DNA from: Paraspadella gotoi
Lineage: Eukaryota > Animalia > Chaetognatha
Assembly: GCA_051294375.1 (NCBI GenBank)
Contig: CM119266.1
Location: 24,292,411-24,356,410, forward strand
DNA: 64,000 nt
Reading direction: 5' to 3'
Shown one piece after another: positions 25,190-40,004 of this stretch (positions are counted from its first letter, which is position 1; each line of letters starts with the position of its first letter). A program made the position numbers and the translations under genes. Below the pieces are notes generated by a model. The model was not told the origin of the DNA. It worked only from the letters and a program-made list of their open reading frames with translations, and made no database searches.

Positions 25190-28100
25190 ATGTCATAATT
25201 TGTTGACGTGAAGTAAAATTGTAGAGATAGACAAGAACCGCTCTGGCGCATCGGAAAGAGAGAAGTGGGGATTTGTTTTACCTTTTTTGCGCGTATTTTT
25301 GCCCACGCTTGGTGAAGTGAACCCTCTCGCGCTCAACACGCGCTTCACCTCTCGCTGAACTTTCCCTTTTTCGTTACGCTTAAGATCGCGTCGCTGAAGC
25401 TAAAGACGCCCCTCCTTCAAGGACAGAGAAATATCGCTCCAGTAAGACGCTGGAGCCAGTCTTCTAACAAATATATAGACCTTTTCGCTCCAGTCCCGTG
25501 CAACAAAACGCGTCGCTCGCTGCTTGTCGCAAAACAGGCGCTGTCATCTTGTTGGATAAGTCCTTTGGACAGACCAAGAACCGGCCTGTTCTAGCAAGTT
25601 AGGTTATATCAAGTACTCATCGCTCCAGCGAAAGGGCGGGTAAGCAATAGTGTAAGTGGATATAAAGTCTTTCCTTCAAATACGGTTGACTTCACGGCGG
25701 TTTTTGCACCTGATATCAGCGGTTAGCGTGCACAAAAGCGTGAGCCAAACGAACCACTACAAATATGTTACATATATATTCTCGATGTAGGAGTAGGCTT
25801 GAGAGAGTAAGCTTGTAAAATAAATAACCAACTCTTATAAACTGGTTAAGATACTCGCGTTCTCTTATCCTCTCTCTCTCTCTCTCTCCTCCTCTCTCTC
25901 TCTCTCTCTCTCTCTCTTCGCTTTTTCTCTCTTCTTCTCTCTTCTCTGTCTCTTCTCTTTACCCCACCGGCAGCAGAGGGAATCGTTCTTCTCATTAACC
26001 GCGAATGGTTTGGCTGGGAAAAGGGACTTATGCTCTCCTCTCGGTCGGCCCGTCCAACGTTTCTCATCCGGACAGACCGGCCACCCTCGCCGGTTCCCGC
26101 CTACTTCTCCCACGCCAACCGCCGAACGCCAATGCAACGCCAATTCCCTCAGTTATCCCACGCGCTAATCTTCTACCTCAGTCGGCGATTCTCTTCCTTC
26201 TCGAGGCCCACGTTCTCCTTCTTTTATTATTTTTTTTTTGCTAGAACGCAAACGTGGAAAATTCGTTTTGTTTCAAGTTTTATTGTATTTCACGAATTAC
26301 GGAACCGTATGATGACTATCCAGGAAAAAAGTATATGTCATAATTTCATTTATTTCAATAAAGAAGTATATAACAAACATGGGTTAAAACAATCATGACA
26401 TGACATTCTCAATATTTGGTATACCCTTGCCTCGTCAATCAATTAACTGCTACCTTTTGTTTGGGTATTGCTCTAATACAGCGCAGAATTGAGGATGACA
26501 GTGTAAATATTTTTTCTAATAACTTTTAAATGCAATTCTGCGCAGCCCCCGAATTTAATGATTGCGCATCTGTTTCCCTTCTTTTCTGAGCGAGCTATAA
26601 TTAATATCTTTTTTGAAAACAGCAAAGAGAGGTGCAAGGCCTTTAGCATTGCCAAATTAATAAAAAATAAATAAAATATAACTATCTATTCAAAATAAAA
26701 AACAAATACATAAGTACCAAAAAAGTAAATAAATAAATCTATTTTTTTTCCGCATATTTTCATTGAAAGTAGCAAATATTTTTTTTCCTGTAACTTTAAA
26801 CGAATTTGACCTAATACATAAAAAGAAGCTACTTAACGAAAATAATTCAATTAGTAATTCCAGAAATCGTTCCTGATTTTTTTTAAATTAAGTTTTCTGA
26901 GTAGATATCTTTTTAATGTAAATAAATGTCATATAATCTTTTTTCGCTAGCATAGTAACAGGGCTTAATAAATTGTTCACAACATTTTAATCAAAATTTT
27001 TATTCATTTCAAAGCCCATATTTGTCCATAATTTAATTTTGTGGTATTTATACACTTTCTTATTCTAAGAATTAATGGCATAGACCTTTAATTCAAACAG
27101 TTTTTTACTTTAAACTTCTATTTAAAAATTAATGCATAAAACATAATTAAACAGTTCTTTTTTACTTTAAAGACTTCATTTAAAAATGGGTCGAGCATAC
27201 TTTTTTTCCCTAGATAGTAAAGGCTTGAAAATTGTCAGACAATTAAGTCCGAAATTTTCATTACCAATCCATAATTAGTCATTTTTATTTTTGTTATTTT
27301 CCATCTTTTTATAGTCTTGAAAATTGAACGGCATAAGACATAAGATTGAACAGTTTTTATTTTTTTACTTTTAGTAGGAACTTTCAATTGCATCTCCATT
27401 TATTTTAAATAATTCCGAGGAAACCGCAATCCCTGAGCTCACATGTAAACCCTCTTCGTTATCTAGAACCCTAGTATTCTCAATTCCCCCTCCCCTTTAT
27501 CCGCTCCAACGCCTGGCATCTGGCCACCGTCCTTCCTCTACTCGCGGATGTTCCACGATCAACCTCGCCGTGCCGTTGGCCGGAGCCCTCATGCGCCGAC
27601 AGGGTAGACATTAGTCGCTGTACCTCAGCTATTTTATGATGAGGACGAGTGAATGGAGGAGAGAAGAGAGAGGGGGAGAGAGCCGAGAGAGGTAGGTAAA
27701 AGATGAAGAGGGGACAGAGAGGGAATGATAATTAGAGAGGGCAGCAGAGTAGGGTGAGTGAAGTAGGGTAAGTGATCTGGATAGGCGATTCTCTCGCTCG
27801 TACTGGATGGCGCGACGTTTCAGTAAGGACTCGGTCTGGTTTGCCAGAGGAGAACGTTAGAGACAATGCGACTCCGAGTGAGATGGCAATGGTCGAAGGG
27901 GCAATGTCTTTCGAGCGAGACTTGAGAAAACTGGGCGCGAGAGAGAAGAGAGAAGACGAGGAGAGTAGAGATCGAGAGAGAGACGAGAGAGAGAGATAGA
28001 GTGAGAGCAGAGAGAGAGAGAGAGAGGAAGACTTAGACCTACATGTTGAGCGATGAGAATGTAACTCGCTTGAAAAAGTCATTCGTTAAATTTCTTTAAC

Positions 28101-31100
28101 AGATACGCCTGCAAATTGTAGAACATAATTTCAATATGGTAATGAGATTTCTTCGTTTGGTAATAAAGCACTGGAATACTCTCTTGCAGTCGTGAAATTA
28201 GTACTCAAAAAAAGAGTCGTTCCACTGTGACCTCGATTAATTATCGCCAGTTTGATAAGATAATCAAACAATTCTATTTCTTAAGGTGATTGGAGTGATG
28301 ATTTATCTATAACACTAAACAAACCACAAACCACCATAAGCCTGTCCAAACGTCAGGTGCGAGATTAGCTTAGTTATTAAAATGAATGGTGTAAATTTCT
28401 GCATTAAATTATCGTTTACCAATTTTCTATGATATTGCGGATCAGTCGCAGGGTTCAAAAGTTAGAATTTTTCGGAGAGTCACGCCCGATGCTTCTCGTC
28501 AGCTTATTGAGACTGAAAAATCTTGTCTTTCCGGTTCACGAAGGAGGAAGAGGAGATTGAGAGAGAAGAGACTAGAGAGATGGAGACGAGATAAGAGAGC
28601 AGAGAGAGAGAGAGAGAGAAGAGGAGAAGAGAGAGAAGAGAGAAGAGAGAGACGAGCAAGCAAANNNNNNNNNNNNNNNNNNNNNNNNNGCTCGACTATG
28701 CGTCAGTCCCGGCGCCGCCACGCCCACCTCCATAAATCTACCAAAATGGCGACTTCCTCCATTTGAAGATAATGGAACCTGGATCCTAAATGTGCGCGGC
28801 GCTAAACCGCGGCCATAGGAATGGCTGCTTGAAAATTCCCCGCCTAATGAATTCCCGTTTCCGGTTCCACCCACCGCGACGGCAGCGCCTCACCCCTCAA
28901 CACCCCCTCGTCCGCAAAGGCAATTTCATTCCACGCGCTCGCAACTCCGACGCACTCATTTACGCCGTCCACGACCCAGAGGGCACAACCCTTCCGCCCC
29001 TTTTTTTTTCTTCTTTTTTCAATCGTACTGTCCTGGCAATGCGGCAGTTCTATTTCAGCTCCCAGTTCAGCTCCTCACTATGATTAACCAGGCATTGGAC
29101 TAAAGCTACCTCAGGATCAGGTCCTTTTTCCCTTTAGTAGCCAAGCGATTTTAGCAACTTTTAGATAATTTTTCCTAAACCTTCTGCTTGAAGCTATATC
29201 TAAAAATATTGACCACACACATCAAATATTCTCTTGGGCCAGAGCCGCAAACGGCCCTGCCATAAACCCGTTGAGCTAAATCTACTGCCGATCTTTGCAA
29301 GGCTTTGCACTATTGAAAAGCGCGACGCCTCGCACAACCCGTTCCTCCCTTTTCAGGTTCAGTCGCTTTTGCGAGATCTCGTGGGCGTTACAGGCTTGAG
29401 AGGGCGACGGGGTTCAGCAGTTTAGAGTTTGACTTTGAAATTAAGTCAGCGAGAATTGTTAGTGGCTCAAAAGTTGTTAGTTTTGTAAGTAAACCTCTGT
29501 TTTCGCAGTTTCATAACATTATCAAAAGCTTTTTTTTGAATCCCTCTATCGCCCTCCCTAAATTAAAAAGTAAAACGCGTTTGAAATTCACGAACAAAGG
29601 AATAAAGAGAATCCATTAATTCCACTGAAAAACGCGGGAACCACATTTCCGTCGCTTTAGGATCAGTAAAACAAATGATGACGGGACGCAAAGCCGACGA
29701 CCGACTAACGTCGACCGCCGACCGACAAGCGACGCCCAAAATTCGCGGGAAGAACAGAAAAAAAAAGGAGGAAAAATGGTGGCGGCGGGATTAGAAGCCG
29801 GTGGGTATGGCGGTCGCGGTGGCGGCCGTGGCGGCGGCGGCGGCGGCGGAAGATGAGGCGGCCGTGCGTGTTTTCAATGAAAAATTAAAAAAAAATAATG
29901 TTCTAGAAAACGCGGGATAAAAAACGAGGGGATTTGCGGAGAAAGAGTCGCGCGAAAAGAGCGAAAGCCTTTCTCTTTCTCATTTCCACCCAAAATGAGG
30001 ATTGGCGAGCCCGCCGTGCTCTCGGTTAAATCCACACTCCAAACTCAACTGACTACACTCCTTAAAATTTGTTTGTAAAGTACCAACACACTCCTGAACG
30101 TTTAAATTTAAAGCTAAAAAAACTTATCCTGTCACAGCATAAACATTGACAATTCAACATTCTTCATTTCTAAACAGCCATCTTTTTTCTTTTGCCCCTC
30201 CATCTTCCGCCACTTCCATTTGCTTTTCCACCCCCACGACACTCCAGGCACAAGCCGCTCGTTGAAATGAGGGAGCGGCCTTGAAGAAGCTTTTGTCGGA
30301 TGCGGGGAAGGGGAGGGAGAGGGAAAGAGGGAGGAGCAGGTGGAGGACCAGGGGGGAAAGAGGGAGGGCGAGGGGGCGGAAAAGGGGAAAAGAGAAAATG
30401 GAGAGTCTGTAAAATGAAAAATCGCAGAAGAATCGCGACGGGGAAGAACAAAAGCCCGAGATTAAGGAGGGAATGGAATGAGACGGAGGAAGAGGAGGAG
30501 GAGGAGGAGGAGGAGGAGGAAGTAATTTCGGAAGGGGAAATGAGAAGAGAAGCGACGGAAAAAGGAAGTGGAGAGGCGACGAAGAGAAATATAAAGGAGA
30601 AGAAGAAGAGAGAATATAAGAGAGAGAGAGCAATGACGGCAATGCAGCAAAAACGGCAATCAGCTTTAACCTTGTCACTTTCTCGCTTATTTGTTAGTTT
30701 TTGTTTGTTTTTTTTATAATTTTTTAAAATTTTATTTATAAATTTTTATTTAGTTTTTATCGCAGGAAATCAAAACTATCGTAAAGAAGGAGAGATGAAA
30801 TAGGATAAGTGATTGGCAAAACGGAAGCCCTTAAATATTTTATTTTTCAATAACCGGTGACATAAAGACACAAGTATGCAATGGCATTGAATCGCTATAT
30901 GAAAAAAGATTTTAAAAATATGTAGCACTTGTTTGTTTTAGATTTTGGCATTAGATTGGCAGAGATTGGCAGGATTTTGGCAGGAGATTTAGTTGTTGAT
31001 AAGGATGCCAATAAGACGAAAAAAAAAGTTATTTCTGGAGATAACATGATTTTTTATGAAATACATGTCTCCTTCAAATTTCCAGAAATATTTTTTTTCT

Positions 31101-34100
31101 TTTCAACTTATTGGCATGTAAACATCAAATCAATTCCTTATCAACAACACGTTGCACCTGGATGTGGAAATTTCGTAAGTTTGTCATATTCTATTTTAAG
31201 CAAATATTAAAAAAAAAGGGAAAAAAAACCGATTTGGACGAGAACTCATTAAGAAAGCGTTCGTGGCCGGTCGCGGTGGGCAGTACAAGCCCTTCGGTCG
31301 TTTCAATTTCTGACGAGAATCTTTGTGCTCCTAAGATCACTCTATTTTTACGGATTAGTGGGTAAAGTGAACTCCGAAAGCTGAAGAAGTTGTCAATGAA
31401 TACCAATTTAGAATTTAGGCGGTGTAGAGAGATGAGAGTTCGAGTGGGTGCAAGGGGAGGGGTTCCGAGAAGGCCCTCGGAAGGGTGCCGGGGAGGCGCT
31501 GCTCGATTTTAAACACTACTCGACCTTCATAAGGAAATAGTTTAGATATTGTTCTTTTTTTTCTGCTGCTGAGTAGGTCTCATTAAGTAATACGAAAAAT
31601 TGGCGGATCCGCTGTTGTGAAGTAGTTGTTTCATTTCGTAAGACATTTGTGGAGAAAAAGATTTAAGTATCATGATGAGAGGAAGACCGATGCAGTTTTC
31701 GTGGGTGAAATGAAATCAAATGGCGGAATCATGATGATACAGAACATTTAAAAGAACAAAGGGGCAAAAAAGTGTATAAGAAAGTTAAATTCTCAGGTTT
31801 TNNNNNNNNNNNNNNNNNNNNNNNNNNNNNNNNNNNNNNNNNNNNNNNNNNNNNNNNNNNNNNNNNNNNNNNNNNNNNNNNNNNNNNNNNNNNNNNNNNN
31901 NNNNNNNNNNNNNNNNNNNNNNNNNNNNNNNNNNNNNNNNNNNNNNNNNNNNNNNNNNNNNNNNNNNNNNNNNNNNNNNNNNNNNNNNNNNNNNNNNNNN
32001 NNNNNNNNNNNNNNNNNNNNNNNNNNNNNNNNNNNNNNNNNNNNNNNNNNNNNNNNNNNNNNNNNNNNNNNNNNNNNNNNNNNNNNNNNNNNNNNNNNNN
32101 NNNNNNNNNNNNNNNNNNNNNNNNNNNNNNNNNNNNNNNNNNNNNNNNNNNNNNNNNNNNNNNNNNNNNNNNNNNNNNNNNNNNNNNNNNNNNNNNNNNN
32201 NNNNNNNNNNNNNNNNNNNNNNNNNNNNNNNNNNNNNNNNNNNNNNNNNNNNNNNNNNNNNNNNNNNNNNNNNNNNNNNNNNNNNTTCCCTCTCATTCTT
32301 CCGCCCGATTGTCTCTCCAGTTTTAATCAAATCTCATTTGGAAACAAAATGAATATTCCAACTAGTTTTTTTTGGGGGGGGAGAGCATTCAATTTGTAAA
32401 TATTAAAATATTCAAATATGAAAAAAACTGATTTTTAAATACAAATATTTTTTAAACTTTTTTCTGTTTCTGTAAAAATGAAATAAATATTCGGAGAAGA
32501 TTTTTTTTTTCTCTGAATTTTTTTTTCTTAGACGAGAGAAACGCGAGAGAGAGAGAGAGGACGCCCTGAGAAAGGAGGGAGCCTCAAGGTAATAAATCAG
32601 AAGCGTATGAAGGCTTTGGCCTGGCAAAACNNNNNNNNNNNNNNNNNNNNNNNNNNNNNNNNNNNNNNNNNNNNNNNNNNNNNNNNNNNNNNNNNNNNNN
32701 NNNNNNNNNNNNNNNNNNNNNNNNNNNNNNNNNNNNNNNNNNNNNNNNNNNNNNNNNNNNNNNNNNNNNNNNNNNNNNNNNNNNNNNNNNNNNNNNNNNN
32801 NNNNNNNNNNNNNNNNNNNNNNNNNNNNNNNNNNNNNNNNNNNNNNNNNNGGGCTCGTGGGGTTTACGTGCTCGGAATGACGTCGCAGTTAAACAAATTG
32901 ATAAACAGCCTATCGAATTTCCAAGATGTAAGGAAGAACCAACAACCTTTTATTCCTTGTTTTTTTTCCTGTTTTTATATCGGATTTCAGATGAAAAAAT
33001 TTTCAGAAGCATGTAGTTTGGAGTTTTTTATAACAAGGAATTCTGTTGCATTAAAATATAAAAGGGCGTTTTGAGTTTAAATTATAACTTCAGCTGTCAA
33101 GGAAAACATACAAAACGTACCTAGGATTATAATTGTAAGATTTTTTGGACATGTAAATCATAGACTCAATGTTTGTCATGATTTATTTCGCGCACAATCA
33201 TAGATACGGGCTATAAAGTATCAAGTTTCGTGTCATAACCTCGTTATGGGATAACGAATCGTGGGAAGGTGGTCCCCAAGGAAAAAAAGATCCCATAGAC
33301 GGCGTTGACTGTTTTTTTGAAAACACGTAAATTTGACGAAATTGAATGACAGCTTTCGGTAGCTTAATATGAAACCGTTATGGAATTAATGAACAATAAA
33401 TTATAGACATGACTTAGCTTTTTTCTTCTCTCTTTTTTTAAAATTTAAATCTCAGCTTGTAGCGATGTAGCTAGAGAAGCTTTCTTGACAGTTGATAAGC
33501 GTACATATTTTGGTTTTCAATAGAAATTAATTCGAAATATTTTCAGAAAAACATAAAGGAAACTAAAAAACCAAATCAGGTTTTTTTTTCTTCAAAATGG
33601 AGATAAAGTTGGGACGAAGGGAATTAAATTGCCCCAATTAAAATCGCTTTAACTCGAGTGGAAACGCGACACGGACAAATCTTTATCGTCTTTAAAACGT
33701 TGATAGACAAAGACTCGCTTTTACTTACGTATCTTCTGCTTATCATCTGGTTTTTTCTTCAATTTTCCTTTTTTTGAACAATTTTTTCCCTTTTACTCTG
33801 TTTAATTATAGTGTTTGTTTACTTTTCTGTTACATATGAAACTGATTGTGTGCCTTAAACACCGAAGTTTGAAGTTTGAAGTTTATGAGTTTATAAGCTT
33901 ACCAAAAAAAAATTTTACTTCAGAAAATAAATATCCTAAAATAAAAATAAAAAATACTCCAAAAATGACACACAAGCGTGCTCCGTACTTTCAATATTCT
34001 TCGTCGTCGTCGTCATAGTCGTCGTCGTCATCATGGTCGTCGTCGTTCTTATCCTCTTCCTCCTCCCCGTCGTTGTTAATAAGAAATTTGCAGAGTCATT

Positions 34101-34199
34101 AATGTCTTTCTACCTCAAAGTTTGGTCTAAATCTTTTCCCCTTAAGAGAGACGAAGGGATGAACTTTATTGATGAAACTTGAAAGAGGAGAAAGAAAGC

Positions 34200-34297
<98 letters not shown>

Positions 34298-34984
34298 GGG
34301 CTGTTTTGTTTTTCATTTTGGAACGGTTCCTCTCGACCCCGTTGGCTTTCACTCGACAGTCCATTTTTTTTATTTGACTGTTGAAGAAAAAGAAAAGAAA
34401 AGAAAAAAAACTCTTTAAGTTAAAAGTAGAACGACAATTATGTCGTCTGTTCCTTTTTAGTAAAATACAAAAACGGAGCAATGATTTATTTTTTCTTCAC
34501 AAAAAAAAAGGATGAAAATAAAAAAGAAAACATTTTTACGTAATGTATTCATTTTTCTCGTTTCTCATGTTAATCATGTTATCGTAAAATATCGTAAAAT
34601 GTGGATTCGAAGCTAGCAAGCGCTTTTTAAAATTCTCCAAACACAATGAGCGTTATAGTAAATGTTATAGTAAAAAATTAGCTCCTTGATGATATTAACT
34701 CGATTTTAGGGAGTGTCGTATGAACTGAGTTAAGCTTTGTCCCCGCCCCCGTAAATAAATAAAAAATTTTAAAATATTCGATGAAAAGAAAATTTGAAAA
34801 TCGCGGAAGGAAATATTCGAATTTGTGAGGAAAACCTCGCAGCGACGAGCAGAGGGAGGAATATTTGAGGAAAGGGAGGAAAAGGGGATGAGGGGTTGAG
34901 GAAAAGAAAAGGAAAAGGTGTTGAGCGATTGAAAAAAAGAAAAGAAAAGAAAAGATAAANNNNNNNNNNNNNNNNNNNNNNNAA

Positions 34985-35150
34985 GAAAAGAAAAGAAAAG
35001 AAAAGAAAAAGGAATGGGCGATTGGAGAGGAAGACAAAAAAAGAAAAGAAAAGGGAATGGGCGATCGGAGAGGAAGACAAAAAAAGAAAAGAAAAGGGAA
35101 TAGGCGATTGGAGAAAAGGGGAAAGAAAAGAAAAGAAAAAAGGAAAGAAA
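34985..35150. repeat. ~46-bp purine-rich minisatellite, about 3 copies
   Basis: aaaagaaaagggaatgggcgat(t/c)ggagaggaagac repeated. Confidence 0.85.
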
Positions 35151-35623
35151 AAGGGTAATTGTAGAATCACGAAAAAACCTTGGGGGAAAGGAAAAGCGGG
35201 GAGAGTGAATAGAAAAAGGGGGAAGGTAAGCGACTAAATTTATGAGGCAATGAATCTGCACTCACGGGAGGAAGTTCACCGTGAAATTTACGTTCCAGTA
35301 ACCGAGGAAAGAAATTTATAGATTGGCGCTCGGTGGCGTTGGCGGTGGCGTCGGCTGCGGCGGCGCGTTGGCGTGGATCCAGATGCAAATGCGATGGAGG
35401 ATTTCCTGGGATTCTAAATCGCGATGTGAAAATAAATAAATCCCCCATAGTCGCCGCTCACGAATATTTAGAAAGTAAATAACGCGAAATCTCGTTTCAA
35501 GAAAATAGTGAAAACTCGTTGGCTTTATACCCTTTTGGCCTGATTGCCTAACATGAGTATGAGATGTTTTATATATTATTTAATTTTACTACCATAACGA
35601 AAATATATGCTATGTAATTATCT

Positions 35624-35733
35624 TGTAAGAGTGATGGAGGCCTTAAACCACCAAAGCCTGTCCAAAGTCAGGGGCAAGATAGCTTATTTATTAAATGAAT
35701 GGATAATTTTTATATTTGTTGTACCAATTTCAT
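35624..35733. repeat. Dispersed ~110 bp repeat (probable SINE or LINE 3' fragment)
   Basis: Consensus gagtgatggaggccttaaaccaccaaagcctgtccaaagtcagg...gatagcttagttattaaatgaatggataa...gttgtaccaatttcat. Other copies at ~17741-17866, 28292-28429, 35755-35833, 45608-45717, 46658-46739 and 50116-50199. Confidence 0.8.
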
Positions 35734-36525
35734 ATTAAACCTCCTCTGTCATGATAGCCTCTCCAAAGTCATGGGCAGGATATTTTATTTATTTCATGAA
35801 TGGATAATCTTACATTGGTTTTACAAATTTCATATGCAACCGTATTTGCCCCCTCAACCAAAAGCAAGACTGTACCAGATACCTAATGCCATCCAACGCT
35901 AGTACATTAAAACGATGAAATGTTACCGAAAGGCCAACGGTCACGTAACATTATTGTTAAACACGAAGAAATAGAAAAACAGAAAGATTCGAATTCGGAA
36001 TCTAAATATAAACCAAGAGGACGATCGTCCTTTAAAAACAAAAAGGAAAAAAGAACGGGACCGTGCGACCAAAACGTCTCTCTCTCAATCCCGCTCCCAA
36101 TAACTGTTTTCTCCATTAAACCTTTCCCCTCTAATTAAATATCCGCGTCCACGCGCCCCCTAAAGAGTCGGCGCCCTTCACCCCCCTCCCCCTCCTACGC
36201 CCCCCTATTTCTTAAATGACTGCCCCCCCCTGTGTTCGGAACGATTCTCTCTCTCCCTTGACACTAACCATCCCGGTTAGTCAGAATGTTTTTTTTTTTG
36301 TGTGTTTTTTTTTTTTGTCAGCGGTTCGCAGGACACTCGGCAGCATTCTCTTTTCGCAGCAGTCTTCCCAGCAGACGCGTCTTTGCAGCACTTTCCGCAG
36401 CGCCCCCAGTGTCCGGAGATCGAAACCCATAATTTCGGCCTGGACACGAAACGCCCTCTCGCTGCCTTCGCTTTCTGTTTTGCGGGCGTTGTCACTATCG
36501 GTGGTTACGTACCAATTAAATTTCT

Positions 36526-36606
<81 letters not shown>

Positions 36607-37969
36607 CTCTCCTTCTCTCTCTTATCTCTCTCTCTCTCTCTCTTTCTTTTGACTTCGGAGAGAAATTGTAAGCAAAATAGTGTCCTTACATAATTCCGAT
36701 ATAACCAAAAGCAATTTTATATCTAACTCCGGCCAACTTTTCCACATTACCACTTCACAATTCTTTCCTTTTTTTCCGTTCATTCTAGATTTGCACCAAT
36801 CGCACCCCCTCTACCCTTCGCTTCTTCTCACCTCAAGCTCCACCTCGCCCTCTGGCTCCGCCCATCAACTTTCGATTTTTATTTTCGAGTCGTAAATCGC
36901 GACGGAGTCTTTAAAAACAAAAGGGCAACTGGGTTGGGTGAGCGGAGGGGAAAAGGATGAAGGGAAAAGGCTTTCTTGGGTAAAAAAAATATTGAATGCG
37001 GTCGGAATGATTTAATAAAATATAATTCGTTTTAGTGATTTGTAGTCGAAATTATAATCAATTTGTCTATAACTCATGATTAGGGCTGTTCGAGCGCATG
37101 TCAAGGACTAGCATCAGTGTCTTCGAACCGAGGGTATAGTGGAGACCGGTAACCTGAATCCTCGCCAGTCATTGGCTATGATTTCGGGCGACGTGAACCG
37201 GCGCGTTGGCATGAACACCTCTAATATTCATTGAATGCAATAATTCCGTTCGATAAACATATTATTATATATACTAATCATTTTATTGAAGAATAATTAT
37301 TTATTATTATCGTTTAAATTATTATATTGAAGAATGCCGATTACAAACTAATTTTCCTTCGTCGCTCCGTATCATTGCTTTTGGTTATTATCATAGTCTC
37401 TATCTTTAGTTTTCTCTCGCGATGCGGATGCCTTTGTTTTTGGTAGATATTGCTTCAGCCATCGCCGGTTTGGGTCTGGGCATGTATTTCTGTCCGACAT
37501 GCCTTTTCTGTCCGGGCATGCTTTCCCTTTCTTTTGTAATGGTTTTGCGGTATGCCTTCTGCTCGGGCATGCTTTTTCATGATATAAAACGATGTTTTGA
37601 GAGAATAGACATTCGAGTTTGAGAAGATACTACGCGTTTTTCTCTCAGACAGAAATTATTCAGCTCTTCGAGATAGCCGCCTCAATATAAATAAAACGAC
37701 CCAAAAAAATCACTCAAGAAAAAAAGTCGCTTGCTCCAACCTAAAAATAATTCTTTTGTTCATAAAATAAAAAGAAAAAACAAATAAATATGCGAAAAAA
37801 ATAAGAAAAAGAAGAATAAAAGAAAAAGAGAAAAAAAGCGAAGCAAAATAAAATTTCCCGAATCCACGAAATCGTCGAAACGAAACAATGGAAGAGGCGA
37901 TCTCTCGGAAAATCCTCTCTCCATTTTTCAAAACCACGAAAATCACAACAAAGGGCAACATTTTTATGG

Positions 37970-38016
<47 letters not shown>

Positions 38017-39057
38017 GCCTTCGTTCCTCGTTTTACAGCCCTTTCATGACTCAGGCAGAACAAGCAACGGCTTTGGCTGTAGCTGAAACTTCAGCGGCTT
38101 TTTGAGCGGCAACTGCAACTCTGTGTCTCCCTCTCTCTCTCGCTCTCTGAGTCTCCTTCTCTTTCTCGCTCTTTCTCTGCCGCCGTATCGCTTGTTTCAC
38201 CACTTTCCTCGTATTTTTTGCTGGCCCTCCGGATTATCGCGGGCTTGGGACTATTGGAAATGTTGTGTATTAAACGTACAAATGAACGAAATGTTTGGGA
38301 TTTATATTTAGATATCATTTTGTTTAATTTTTCACCCTTACTCGTATATTTTCCCATACATTCTACATTTTTTTTACTTTTATGGTTTCTTGCGTTTTAT
38401 GAATATGAATGATGAATCAAAAATTTTTAAAAGTTCTTGTAATCATTCTTAGTTAATTTCTTTTTACCCATTACGCCCGTTTTTGAATTTTAATTTCTTC
38501 AAGCCAACTCGTTGCGAAAAGTTCCAAGGCGAAGACGTCCCGCTTCAACAGTCGCCTCGTTTAAAACGTCTCTGTCTCTGTAAGACGCTCGGACAGAGAG
38601 CGAGAGGGAGGAGATGCAAGGTCGCTCTCGCTCCTTGGATCCGCGTTCGAGGCCGACGCGGACGACGAAGCAAAGGACCGGAGGCGTGAGGACGTCGACA
38701 TAGAGACGCATCGTAATCCATAATATTAAGTTTTGTATATATAATACACATACATATACCTGAAGTCGGGCATTGCAACAATGGTCATTACTCAATGCCC
38801 GACTACCTACCTGAATAAACATATGTATGCATTAAAGATGTGAAGCTTGTACCTAGTAAACTAACTTATTTAATTTCATTTCGTAATCAGTGATTAATCA
38901 CAGTCCCATTTTTTTATATTCTCTATTCTAAACCATGAACAATATCCAAAGATTATAACAAAATTTTGATCTACGTAATAGTAAAATTAAAAGAATTTTT
39001 ATAATTTCAATGGCCGACAGTGATTTTGTCTCACTCAAAATGATACGCACGATCACG

Positions 39058-39105
39058 GACGCCGATAGCCGACGCCGATAGCCGACGCCGATAGCCGACG
39101 CCGAC
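39058..39105. repeat. 13-bp tandem repeat GACGCCGATAGCC, about 3.5 copies
   Basis: Seen directly. Confidence 0.9.
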
Positions 39106-39147
39106 GCAATCTACGAGAGAAGCACGAGAGAAGGGGGGGTGGCGAGT

Positions 39148-39243
39148 GGGGGCGGAACGGTTTGTATTCGCCTCATTTGCATACGGCCTTCATCTGTTGC
39201 CTCGTAAACCACGTGACGCCGTCACGTGATCCGTCAGCACGTG
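39148..39243. promoter_or_regulatory. Candidate promoter/enhancer: GC box, octamer and three CACGTG E-boxes
   Basis: GGGGGCGGA at 39148, ATTTGCAT at 39175-39182, CACGTG at 39210, 39223 and 39238. Confidence 0.4.
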
Positions 39244-39277
39244 CGAAGAAATTCTCTCTCTCTCTCTTCTTCTCTCT

Positions 39278-39317
<40 letters not shown>

Positions 39318-39968
39318 TCTCTCTCTCTCTCTCTCCTCTCTCTTCTCTGGATTTCCATCGGCGAGACAGCGCCATCTTACAAGGCGATTGCCTCGACGCG
39401 GCGGTGACATTAACTCGCGACGAGATTGAAGGCGCGCGACGACGTTGATGGGATGTTGTTGTTGTCATGGATGTCATTGACTTTGCTGACAATGTCAGTG
39501 TAAGAGCTCTAAGAGATCCTATTTTTGATTAAAAAATAATTTCATTTTAAAATATAAACTGTAAAGAGCATCGAGGAAAATTTTCGTAGATTGTAAACAA
39601 AATGCTACGTAACTAACACTTGAGTATAGAAATAGATTTAGACAACAAAATATTAAGACTGTTCCTCTTTTCTTTTTAAAAATACTATCTTATTCTACGT
39701 AAATCATAATCACTCTCTTCGCACGTGATGACAAAACTTGAAGTTTTCAATCACGACGTCTGTGATCGGGGTCACAAAGATCGACGCCGAAGATCGAAAG
39801 GAGTTGACTCACCTCGAACATTAAGGTGAGAAATCACGAGGTCGATTGGGGTCAAATTGGATATAAAAATCCCGTTTTGTGTAGAGTATATATATATTTT
39901 TTTATGGAAAGATGGAGAAGGTTCCCCAGCTTGACGCGTCGCGACTTTTTTTTATCATTATTTATATA

Positions 39969-40004
<36 letters not shown>

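Noticed and set aside
37169-37182. U4 snRNA-like ATCATAGCCAATGA on the minus strand
   Set aside because: Flanks do not match U4 and there is no Sm site. It is equally a CCAAT box.
37450-37580. Imperfect ccgggcatgc repeats and ORF 37422-37622
   Set aside because: Degenerate and without defined termini. Possibly a transposon subterminal relic, but not supportable.
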